Of a stretch of DNA of 64,000 bases, positions 36,741 to 47,576 are shown in pieces. The DNA is taken from contig JAUFOQ010000013.1 of assembly GCA_040285855.1 (NCBI GenBank), forward strand, positions 1,984,001 to 2,048,000, read 5' to 3'. The position numbers and the translations under genes are program-made. The DNA is from Eukaryota sp. GEM-RC1. Taxonomy: Eukaryota. Each line of letters starts with the position of its first letter. The first letter of the stretch is position 1. Under the pieces are notes generated by a model. The model was not told where the DNA came from and ran no database searches. It saw only the letters and a program-made list of their open reading frames with translations.

Positions 36741-36928
36741 CATTGTTTTCATCATTTTGAAATTTCATCTTGTCCATTTCATCTAAAACAACATTGAACT
36801 GTATTTTATCGAAGAGGTGACAAATATGAAATTAACAAAGACCTATTGTAAAACAATTCAATGAATACAAGAACACAACATTTGGTATCATCTGTTTCCC
36901 TGAGCTGTTATAGAACTTTCTGCCATCA

Positions 36929-37777
36929 TCAAACAAAGTTATCCATTTCAGTTATTCCAGTCAAATGTGCGCTCTTGATTAGAGCTGATTGCTTTTTCTG
37001 ATGATAGTTGGTGTGAAAATGAACTAGAGAGTAGAAAACCATCTTAAAATGGTAATACAATCCAGCCATTATAAAGAAATGGAAAACCTCGTGACTATGT
37101 ATGACACCGTCAATTATGACAAGTCTATCTTGAAGGTATCCTTCTTGTATGGCTCCTATTGTGTACATTAGTCCTCCAACGATTAAGTAAAACAGGGGAC
37201 GGAACTTCTTATGTTCTCTCCAGATTAGCACCATACTGATTGTCCCCATCCAACCCATTGCAATGTAAAGAGCTCCTGAGAGAATGCTATCACCAAACTG
37301 ATCAAAAAGATTGTCTTTAGAGTCACTGCAGTGGCAGTGATCACCCACATTATGATGACGATTAGCCAACGTGACCAAAAGGTCAAAAAAAGCAACAGAA
37401 TGGATTGCCGAAAACGTTCCACTAATGAAACAGAAGATAGCAGCATGATCGATCCTCCGTAGAACTAATCGGCCCATAGTATAAGTGGGGAGGAGATGAT
37501 AGACTCCACTTATACTCATGGAAAAGACCGATCCAAAGATAAACAGAGAAACACCCATGATTGCTTGCTTGTCTTTACATCTTTTGAACAAAACTGGACA
37601 GAAAGCAAGAGTCAGAGCAGCTGTAAGTAAATGACTCCAGGAGTTGACGGGCTCAGCAAAGCCTAATGCCGAATAAATAGGAAAATGTCTATTGGAAGGT
37701 GGTGCGAATGGGCGATTGTCTTTCGCAGACACAAAGATTAAGAAGAGAAGAAATAGTGAAAGTTTGAAGAAAGCCAT
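36929..37777 (-). CDS. hemolysin-III / PAQR family membrane protein
   Basis: EPVNSWSH, SGVYH, RRIDHAAIF, MGWMG, GGLMYTIGA, HEVFHFF; an internal compensated frameshift near 37320-37380. Confidence 0.88.
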   Translation of the reverse strand: MAFFKLSLFLLFLIFVSAKDNRPFAPPSNRHFPIYSALGFAEPVNSWSHLLTAALTLAFCPVLFKRCKDKQAIMGVSLFIFGSVFSMSISGVYHLLPTYTMGRLVLRRIDHAAIFCFISGTFSAIHSVAFFDLLVTLANRHHNVGDHCHCSDSKDNLFDQFGDSILSGALYIAMGWMGTISMVLIWREHKKFRPLFYLIVGGLMYTIGAIQEGYLQDRLVIIDGVIHSHEVFHFFIMAGLYYHFKMVFYSLVHFHTNYHQKKQSALIKSAHLTGITEMDNFV

Positions 37778-38052
37778 AGATGCAAGTTTTTATTAAGTTT
37801 TCGCGTTTGGTCCTGTCTCTGGACGGGGGAGAACCATCTTTCTTTCTTCCTTGACTCGCAAAGTACGATCTCTCGCTGGATAAACAGTGCATATACTCCT
37901 TCTTATGATAATCTTTCATCTTCTCATTCTGACCGTCACAAGCTGAAAGCATATGTCGACTTGGAAATCTTGATTGATTGTGTTTTTCTTTTGTTCATAA
38001 AGTTAAGTCACTTATGTCAGTCTATTGTCACTATCTATTGTCTTTTAGTTGT

Positions 38053-38117
38053 CACAAGATGTGTTTTACAAGATGTGTAATACAAGATGTGTTTTACAAG
38101 ATGTGTAATACAAGATG
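38053..38117. repeat. 14-bp repeat ACAAGATGTG(TTTT/TAAT) overlapping the PIF1 stop codon
   Basis: About 4.5 units; the same unit recurs at 41431-41545. Confidence 0.9.
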
Positions 38118-40607
38118 AAACTATCAAAATTACCTATATTGTCCAATCTTTTCAAAATTAAATATAATTCAAATAAAACACACATACCAGTCTTTTCATC
38201 ATTTTTCAAATACTCTTTCAAAACATGAAACAATTCCACAATCACATCACTACAATAACGTTCATCAACATTATCCTTATTAATCACATCGGTAATGTAA
38301 CAGTTTCTTATTGTTTTCACTTCCATACTTGATGCAGATTCAGATCCAATACAATCTAGTACATTATCGACAATTGACTGAATTCCAATAGTTAAGTCCA
38401 CTCTCAATTGTTTTGAAGTAGCAACACGATTATACTCCAAAATAGGAGACAGTGATGTTGTTTCATAATTCACATTGTCAGTTTGTTGATATTCACATAT
38501 GGAATCACATTTTTCATTTTCAAAGCTTTCAGTCTGAACTTCCTTGAGACAAAATCGTTTTTCATCATCAATAAGAGGAAACACTTGGGAACTTGTTCTT
38601 TCTATACCAGCACTGACATTCTTTTTTAATAATAAAATCTTCGTTGGTAAAGAGGTTTTCTTCAAACGGGGAAGTGATGGTAGAATACTTTTGCTTCGTG
38701 GTAACTGAGGAAGTTTAGACTTATTGACACCAATCTCTGGGGAATTTTTGTTAAAAATTGAGTCACAATTAATAAATTTGGGATGAATATTAGTTTCATC
38801 TTCTTCATCATTTACCACAAAATCATCTAAACTTGTTGAAATTGTATCACTGTCAGATTCATCACCAGAATCGGATCCTGATAGTAGTGCTTCTGTTTCA
38901 AATAAATTTGATTTGTCTAAATGATTTTTGTCCAAGTCAATAATTTGATTATCATTATTTTCAATAATTTGTTCATCAACATTATCAACAACAACTTCAT
39001 CAACAACTTCATCAACACAATGAACATCTTCAGGAACAACAGCATCATCCATAATTGGGTCACTCGATTCTGCACAAAAGTTTGCAAACAATGAATTAAA
39101 ATGATTGAAATCTCGTTGAAGACAATGTTGATTTCCCAAAACATACAAATCAATAGTGGATGGCTTAACAGGATGAAAAGTTGAATAACACCATTGATGC
39201 AATTCCAAATTTGGTACTGGATAACTTCTTCCAATGCTTAAAATCTTTAAACTCCTCCAAGACCTAACCCTACTTAAGGTCACATAATGTTGGGCATATT
39301 CCCAAAACTGGATAGCAACTTCAATCCCGTCAATTGTTAAACCTTGGGATCGATGCACTGTTATCGCCCAGCAAGGTCTTAGCGGAAACTGAATTCTTTT
39401 CGCCACTTGAACAGGTCTTCCGATTTCGTTCAAGTGTTCGATAGCAAACCTTGACTGACTGATTCTTTTCGGTTCTGCTTCAGCGTTGAACCGAACATCA
39501 ATATATGTATCTGAAAAATTAACAATAACTCCTTTTGAACCATTAACTAGTCCAAGTTCAGGTTTATTTTGAGTGTACATCACTTGTCCACCAACAACAC
39601 AGTCAAGTTTTTTTTCAGCAAAGTCATCTAAACGATTTTTCAGCACAGAAGTTTCAATGTCATAATATTTTTCCAAATTAGATTCATTGACCGGAAATCT
39701 AGAACTTCTTTTTCTAATTTGAGATTTTAATTCAGATTCATTGAATTTGTCAACAGCTACAAATTCAATTGAATCTGAATTTTTGCCCGAATTTTGAATT
39801 GTTTTAAATTTTCTCTAGCAACATCAGTATTCTTTCCGTATAAAATTGTTGGTTTTCAACAGATTCTGCTGTTTCGAAATGATTACGCAGAATTGATTTC
39901 ATAAAATTATCAAAAAGACCCAATCTCAATTGATTTAGAAAATTAAATTGGGAATCTGATTGCTGTCGAATACTACCAGCCAGTTCACAATATCTAAAAT
40001 TTAAATTGTTCCAAGCTCTTGATGAAAAAGCGAAATCAGAAATTACCACTTTTCGATTTCCTTTTCCATCAAGACTTTTCACAACAGGGGTTAATTGAAG
40101 AAAGTCCCCAAAACAAATTATCTGAATTCCTCCAAATGGTTTCTTCGGGGAGTGACATTTTTGCGTGTGCATAAGTTCGCCCAAAATGTCACTCGCCCGT
40201 TGAAACAAATTGGAGGACAACATTGAAATTTCATCAATGATTAACATTGAATTTTTTGGAGTAATTTTTTTTAACAATGATTTGACATTTGATGGCATAC
40301 ATTTAATAACATCATGTATGGATTCTTCTTCTTTCATAAACTTATAACCAAACAGTGAGTGTATGGTCTGTCCACCAAAAACAGTTGAGGCAACCCCAGT
40401 TGTTGCAGTGAAGAAGATTTCACCATTAGCACGCATGAGACGAGATCCGACGTTACTCCACCAGTATTTGAGAGCATGCAAAAGATAAGATTTTCCTGAT
40501 CCTGCACCACCAGTGACAAAGAAGTTGTGTCTGCTGGTAGTGATTGCGTTAAAGATCTCACGTTGGTCATCTGTGAGATTGATGTTGTGTATAGTGGTTG
40601 GTGCCAT
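38066..40607 (-). CDS. PIF1-family SF1B helicase with long acidic C-terminal tail (frameshift near 39810)
   Basis: GGAGSGKS, ATTGVAS, IIDEISM, FGGIQIICFGDFLQLTPV, QFPLRPCWAITVHRSQGLT, YVTLSRV. Confidence 0.93.
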
Positions 40608-41430
40608 TGAGTTGATGGATTGTTTGAGCGCAGGGAAACTTGGTCTTCATCAAATTTCTCTTTCACTTCAAACTATGACTTTATCCTTGAAATGGGACTG
40701 TATTTCAATGGATCCGACGAGTTCAATATAATCTCACATTTCCGCAGTTCGCGACTTCAAGTCCTTTTATATTGATTCTGTGAACATTTGTCCTTCCATA
40801 CGATTCATATGCAAGCATTTTCTATATCACACCAGTAGTAGTGATGCAGGATGTGTGTTTGTATGTTTATATGTATCATCTCTGACTTCTTTTTGTAATA
40901 GTAAACTTCGTTTTAACATCTATGTCTTCTTGTTTATAGATCAAATCTTACTTTCAAACCAGTATGATATTACTCAGCGACATTACTCAGCGACTAACTA
41001 ATACATCTAGCACCGTCTTCCAATAGAATCAACACAAAATGTTAAAAGAGGAAAAGAGGGAATGTGTTTCCGATAAGTTTGGCGAGAAGTGTAAAGCAGT
41101 GGATTGACCAAACAATAAAGAGTACGCGTAAGTCTGTTTGACTGGGATTAGAATTGTGATGTCTTGATGTTATCATAGAAAAGATATGCAACGACGATAC
41201 GCAAACGAGACACTAGCTGTTTATTACACAAGAAGGAGAATCAAAGACCAAGGGGTAACAATATGGCATTTAACATGTGTATCGGGTGTATGTCTTCAGC
41301 AAATGTCACTAGCCTTCAGTTTGGGGAGTCACATAACTCTAAAAGAACGAGAAGTAACAGAGTGTGGCTTCGTTGTGGATATGAGTTTGGATGAAGAAAA
41401 TGTGGATGTAGATACAAGACTGGATGTGTA

Positions 41431-41545
41431 ACACAAGATGTGTTTTACAACATTTGTAACACAAGATGTGTTTTACAAGATGTGTTTTACAAGATGTGTA
41501 ATACAAGATGTGTAATACAAGATGTGTAATACAAGATTTGTAACA
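41431..41545. repeat. 14-bp repeat ACAAGATGTG(TTTT/TAAT), about 8 units
   Basis: Read directly; lies just downstream of the stop of ORF 41554(-). Confidence 0.9.
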
Positions 41546-41553
41546 ATATTAAT

Positions 41554-42333
41554 CTAGTTACACAGATACTTACAAACATACTTCACTACACTATCATTAA
41601 ACTGCAACAATTCATCACATAAATTATCCACATCAATCTCATCATTACCTGACATTTTCCAAGTCAAAACATGTTTCAAATCAACAAAATCACTTCGTTC
41701 TAAAATAAAACTAAACAAATTGACAACTCCAGTATAATCATTACAATTACCTTTTGCTAAAACAATGTTAACAAAAATCAAAACAAACTTTGAAACAGAC
41801 AAACAATAATCATTGTCCTCAAGTAATAACAACAGTTTATCTTCAATCTTTTTAAAATAAACAAATCTTAAATGACCATCATCATGAAGTGAACTTTGGA
41901 GGAGTACAGGAATTAATAAAGTTGTAGAAGATCGAGAACTGTGACAAAATATTATACCAACTGAACAAGCAAAACTATTGATCAGTAAATGCAAATGCTT
42001 CAAAAATAAACAAGTGTCATCATTGAGACAACAATGAAGAAGAATATCAATTAACCCTGTCCAATTGAGAAAACTGTTGAGTAGAGGCGTGAACTGCCAA
42101 AGATGAGATACTCTGATTAAGACTTCATCAACATTAGAAGTTTCTGATGAAGGGTAGAACAGAGTTGACACAAGATCTTTTAAGGATGTTGATATAGATA
42201 TGGTCACAGAATCATCTCCTAAAGAAGTACAATGACAACAATTGCATAAGGTTATCAAACTTCTGTTGCATTGTTCATGAAACTGTGCTAACAGACTTGA
42301 CATCACTTCAAGAGAAGGTTCGTTCAAAGACAT
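41554..42333 (-). CDS. hypothetical Leu/Cys-rich protein
   Basis: About 260-codon open frame; no recognised motif. Confidence 0.5.
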   Translation of the reverse strand: MSLNEPSLEVMSSLLAQFHEQCNRSLITLCNCCHCTSLGDDSVTISISTSLKDLVSTLFYPSSETSNVDEVLIRVSHLWQFTPLLNSFLNWTGLIDILLHCCLNDDTCLFLKHLHLLINSFACSVGIIFCHSSRSSTTLLIPVLLQSSLHDDGHLRFVYFKKIEDKLLLLLEDNDYCLSVSKFVLIFVNIVLAKGNCNDYTGVVNLFSFILERSDFVDLKHVLTWKMSGNDEIDVDNLCDELLQFNDSVVKYVCKYLCN

Positions 42334-42376
42334 TGAGATTACGATGAAGGAAAATTTGTTTACCGGCAAAATTTGC

Positions 42377-43018
42377 ATGAACTCATCAACAAACGTTTTG
42401 TCTCGGAAACGTCGTCTTTCTGCTTATCAGAGGAAGTATGCATCTAAACATCAAGATGTATACAATGTCTTTTCTTTTACTGAGACAAAATCAACTCCTT
42501 CAACTTCACCTTGCAATCTCGGAATCAATGGAGATTATATCTTAATCACCCGAGCTGCTGATAGTACTTCTCATATCGCAGTGTCCACCAACAATACAAC
42601 ATGGTTTAAAAATGTTGTTGGTGATAATCTTAAGGAAAACATTGAATTCTTTATTAACAAAGAAACTCATATTCTTGAAGAAAAGACTGGTACCACTAAT
42701 TCCTTGTCATCTCAAAATTTATATAATGTTTTGATTCAAGATCAATCTGACTCAGCAATAGACTTGTCTGATTTTGCAGAACATGAACAACATCAAAAAG
42801 TTTCATGTTCTGCAAGACTTTCTAAGATGAAGAAGTCTAAATGTCCAAAGGCTGTTAGAGAAGAAAACTTATTGAATGAAAAAGAAGAATCAAGTAACTC
42901 AAGCAATGACTTAGAGTCAGAATCAACTGGAACAACTGAGATTACTTCGACTCCACTCCCTCCTCTTAAGTCTCTTGTCAAAAAATCCAATTTTACGAAG
43001 AGTCCTTTTGAACTTTAG
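42377..43018 (+). CDS. hypothetical Ser/Thr/Lys-rich protein with NLS-like RKRR
   Basis: 213-codon ORF divergent from 42333(-); no recognised motif. Confidence 0.5.
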   Translation: MNSSTNVLSRKRRLSAYQRKYASKHQDVYNVFSFTETKSTPSTSPCNLGINGDYILITRAADSTSHIAVSTNNTTWFKNVVGDNLKENIEFFINKETHILEEKTGTTNSLSSQNLYNVLIQDQSDSAIDLSDFAEHEQHQKVSCSARLSKMKKSKCPKAVREENLLNEKEESSNSSNDLESESTGTTEITSTPLPPLKSLVKKSNFTKSPFEL

Positions 43019-43390
43019 ATATATCTTCCCTTCATTATGTACATGAAAGAAACCATCATATACAATAAAGATTTTCTGACCATATAGTGAAAAAAAGTGA
43101 GAAGAGATGTTGGTTGTTGACAAACACGACATGTTGAAGATGAAATTGTATTTCAATTCTAGACTTTTTCTTCACACCAATTATGCGTATGAATCAAGTA
43201 TAATTCTAATTTCAGACTATGTGATGCCAAAAGTAAGTTTTGGTGACGATCAGTGCTTACTCTTACATCGGTTCCAGTTGCTCAGAGAGTTCCTGAACAG
43301 ATTGCTATCTTCCGGCTTTGTTCCGCCGCTAATGTATGTTCATCTCTAACCGCAGATAACCTCTCAACCCCTTTCTCTCTGATTGTATAT

Positions 43391-43458
43391 CCTTCCCCAA
43401 AACAACAAATAGGGATAACATTCTCGTTAACAAGAGTCATGCCTTGAAAGTGTTGGTT
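43391..43458 (+). repeat. single diverged copy of the CTCGTTAACAAGAGT hairpin unit
   Basis: TAGGGATAACATTCTCGTTAACAAGAGTCATGCCTTGAA aligns with the 120-bp array unit. Confidence 0.85.
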
Positions 43459-44360
43459 CTTCTCTCGTTGTTGCTACAATTTCTCCTCTCCATGTCAATA
43501 CGCTCATTATTACCAGTCTCCTCCTTCTTCTTCAAAACATCAACCTGTAAAGACAAAGTTATTCACCGCAGTAGCTGTAAAATCAACAGTGATACTTAAA
43601 TCAATAATAGTTGTCCTTAACAATAGAACTTTACAAAACGTAATTAACTGAGCTTGAGATCCAATATTTGTTTGATGACTCTTGATGACTCTTGGAGTAG
43701 AGAGAGGAAAGAACCAAAGAGCAAACGTTGATGTTGAGGATAAACTTTTTCGTTCACTTGTTCAGCAAGTACTTTTGGGGTCGTTCGCAAATCGCTGACA
43801 TCTATCCTGTTTTTGCCTCTTACTCACTCGTTCCTTTATTAGTCTAATCCTGTATTAGTTATTGTAATACATTAATCCACGTGAATGACAAATTCAACAT
43901 GGAATGAATAAACCAAACTTTTTTGCTCAAGATAGTCCCAATCAATAAACCATTTGTATAATATTTTTAATTTTTATTGTAATGTATCCCTTGATGTTCA
44001 GTGATAACAATCTGTTATAAATAAATATATTCTCACAGCCGAATGCTGGCTGTATAATGGTCATACAGCCAGGAATCGGCTGTGAAAATTGCAAATGACT
44101 TCCATAAGAAATCAAATAGCTTAAAATATGTAGCAAAATGTACTGATTCTTTAAATGTATATGAAATCAATCAATCAAAATCACATAAAATTTGAAAACT
44201 ATTTAATAAATAGTTAACCTTAACCAGTGGTCTCTTAATCGTCTCACACTAAAGCAACAACCATACAGTTGTTTATAACACGTAAAGAAGAATTCGTGAT
44301 GAAAAAGTTGTCACTTGAAGTATCAAATTGTTTCACATATATTTCCTCAAAATGCAATTC

Positions 44361-44921
44361 CCTCCCCCAAAGTCAGCAATTAGGGATACCATGCTCGTTA
44401 ACAAGAGTCATGCATTGAACTATTGTTGTTTTTGGTGTTTTGCTTCCGTCGTTGAAACTGATGACTTTCTGCTCACGCCTCCTCCCCCAAAGTCAGCAAT
44501 TAGGGATACCATGCTCGTTAACAAGAGTCATGCATTGAACTATTGTTGTTTTTGGTGTTTTGCTTCCGTCGTTGAAACTGATGACTTTCTGCTCACGCCT
44601 CCTCCCCCAAAGTCAGCAATTAGGGATACCATGCTCGTTAACAAGAGTCATGCATTGAACTATTGTTGTTTTTGGTGTTTTGCTTCCGTCGTTGAAACTG
44701 ATGACTTTCTGCTCACGCCTCCTCCCCCAAAGTCAGCAATTAGGGATACCATGCTCGTTAACAAGAGTCATGCATTGAACTATTGTTGTTTTTGGTGTTT
44801 TGCTTCCGTCGTTGAAACTGATGACTTTCTGCTCACGCCTCCTCCCCCAAAGTCAGCAATTAGGGATACCATGCTCGTTAACAAGAGTCATGCATTGAAC
44901 TATTGTTGTTTTTGGTGTTTT
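44361..44921 (+). repeat. tandem array 1: 120-bp unit x4.7
   Basis: Identical units at 44361, 44481, 44601, 44721 and 44841 (partial); open frame gives 40-aa repeats with LVNKSHA..YCCFWCF. Confidence 0.97.
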
Positions 44922-45359
44922 CCTCCCCCTGATGTCCTCTCCAGGTTGTTGCATAAGAAGACCCCTGATGCTTATTCGATGGATACACCTACTAAAGGTA
45001 TCTCAGTCATGGCTGCATCTGGGATCCATGGGTGACTTGGCGCTAGGGCCAGACAAAGGTTCCTTTCCTCGCGATCCCCCCAGATGTCCAGCTAAGCACC
45101 ACGCATCGCGTCATGCTGCTCCAATATCTTGGATTCTACAGTTTTCTGCACAAAAACGTTTGACAATTGATAAACAATGTTCAAGTTACGCCATTTGTAA
45201 TCAATGTATGCTCCCCCGACAGCCTGGTATACTTCCACAACAGCATGATTCGACCAGGCCCGTCCAATGCTGTTTAACCGCTCATACTCTTGATTTCTCG
45301 AAATTCATTCGCGTTGTAAATCCTGCCTGTTGTCTTTCGTTAACAACAATGTTGACGAT

Positions 45360-46414
45360 AGCACTAACACTGTGTCATCAGTATTTGCAAAGATCTAAAT
45401 TTTTTAAAGATACCTTTCCAACGCCAGATTCTCTTTCCCCATTCACAGTCGATTCAGCAAGAGAAGTAAAAACTTGGCTGCGAGAACTGACCCCACCAAA
45501 ACATTTTACCAAAAATTACATGGAAAAACTACTCAATGAAATTGTAGAATATGCTGAAGCTGCCGATGGCCAAGCTGTTCTTTCCAGAACAAACAACTGA
45601 CGAAGCTGATGAATATGAACAAGTACAGGATTTTAATAATACATCTATTGATATGTCTGTAAGAATTGAAAACTATGCTTCCCGATTACTCAATGTTGAT
45701 GCAAAGTTACAAGATACCTGGATGTTTCGATCACTCTATCGCTTTTATGTCTTTGCCAAGACATATTTATTTTCAAATGAAACTGATCAAGAGAATTACC
45801 GAAATCAACAAATTTCTTCAATTTATTTGTTGGTATTTATGCTAGGTTATCAAAGTTACATTATTTCCACTTCAGAATTTGAAAATTGTTTTGAACCCTT
45901 TGTAAATCTAATGAACTTCCCATTTGTTTTCATTAGCTATATATTCAATGGAACAACACACGAAGAAGTTGTTGAACAAGCAATTAAAGATGCTTTGAAA
46001 TATAAGACAGAGAAAGCCAAAGTTATTGATTTATTACAAGATGTTGAAGAAACACCCGAAGATCTTACGGAAATTCTCCTTGATGTTAGTAGCTGCTGAT
46101 GATACTAAACCAATTGATGTAATGTCACTCAAAGTGCTTACAATTTCACAATGCACCAGTTCAACACGAAACCAAACTCGGTATTGTTTGCTAATTGGGG
46201 AATTTTGGAAAAATTTTCCGAATTTAGGTGTCAGATATCAATTATTATTGATCTTCCAGACACGCCAACAACATTTCCTTTTATTCAACAAAGAACTGAA
46301 AACGCACTGTTTGTTATCATGGATAACAAACAACCCCAAAGCAAAAAGTGGAATACTTTCCACGCGTTTTTGAGGCAAAATCTTACAGATGTGGAATACA
46401 AAATGAGGGAATAG
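45360..46414 (+). CDS. hypothetical protein, frameshifted; C-terminus weakly resembles a degenerate SF2 helicase C-terminal domain
   Basis: Overlapping ORFs 44932-45600, 45551-46099, 46026-46373, 46151-46414; SVLFANW..IIIDLP..FIQQR. Start uncertain. Confidence 0.4.
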
Positions 46415-46724
46415 TCTTTATTCATTTTTTCGTTCTTTATAAATTGTTTCGTTCTTAGTTTTTATGGTTAATTCTACACCTCAGACAGTGACTTACTTGA
46501 TCTTATTTATATGTTTTCTTGCCAATTTTTCGATTTACAAGTCTTTGTATTTTACATATATCCAAAACATAATATGTTTGGACATACACATTACTGATTA
46601 GATTTAATATTGTATTCCATTAAAATCAAGCAAAATGAATATTTTGAAATCTTTTGATTTTGAACATAAACCTATAATTCAGTCAATTATAACTTGCATA
46701 CAAGAATACATTATCGTTTATTAT

Positions 46725-47296
46725 TCACTCTTTTGCTGCTCTAACAGGAATTCTAGTACTACTTCGTCGATCATTTCTATTTTCAGGTAGATTATCAAGA
46801 AACGGAAAAAAGATATCTACCAGTTTAATTCGATATCTCATGTCCACCACCTCTTGTTCATCTTGACTAGAATCATCTTGACTAGAATCTTCTTCACTAA
46901 CGTCTATTTCATCTTCACTGTCAATGACAATAACTTCATCTTCATCATCATTTTCATCTTCATTTTGAATATCAGATACCAAAGTTCTCCCCTGGATTAG
47001 TGAGTTAGCATTATCCACTGTAATCCATCCACAAATACATGAATTTGTCGGTTGCAGATGAGGAATAGAATACTTCACAGAATACGATGGCAATTTACAA
47101 AAAACGGTTGAACAATTAAAGATTGATAATTTTGATAATGCAGTGAATCGTAAATATTGAAATTGAACTTATTATTTTCGTTTGACAATTCAACCAAGAA
47201 CCAATGTCCATAAGTCTTTCTTTTTGAACCCTTTGGAACATTTTCACTGTATGAGTCCAAACAAATCGGGATTAAAATTTTGACACTCAATGACAT
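46725..47296 (-). CDS. Ulp1/C48-like protease domain with acidic tail (frameshift near 47090)
   Basis: ILIPIC..GHWFLV..IYDSL then QPTNSCICG, followed by a SIM-like EVIVIDSEDE. Confidence 0.6.
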
Positions 47297-47576
47297 TTAT
47301 GAGAAGTGTTTTTACAACTCTGAGAAGAACTGACAACCAGTATTACTTAAACGCAGAGGAGTAGATCGGGTATAGATTCTATATTTCTGTGAATAAAAAG
47401 ACTGTCTACACTTGCTGTTTATGAGCTAAATTAATCACCCAATAAGACCATAAGATAATTCCGACATAGCACTGTATGAGAATATGGTGACATTGTCATT
47501 GACCTAGACAAGTGACATCAAAGTCTTGTATAGTACGAAAAGTCTTGATTCATTTCTATCTACTGTACTGTTGGAT

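Noticed and set aside
44375..44430. SECIS element or selenoprotein on the minus strand (ATGA..AA, in-frame TGA)
   Set aside because: Helix spacing is too short, there is no 3' GA partner, and array 2 has ATAA instead of ATGA.
44455..44500. Hammerhead ribozyme (CTGATGA in each 120-bp unit)
   Set aside because: No GAAA follows the putative stem II, and the motif is absent from the 114-bp unit.
45045..45100. HDV-like ribozyme (TTCCTCGC ... GCTAAG)
   Set aside because: P3 does not pair fully and the GG needed for P1.1 is missing; kept only as an unexplained hairpin.
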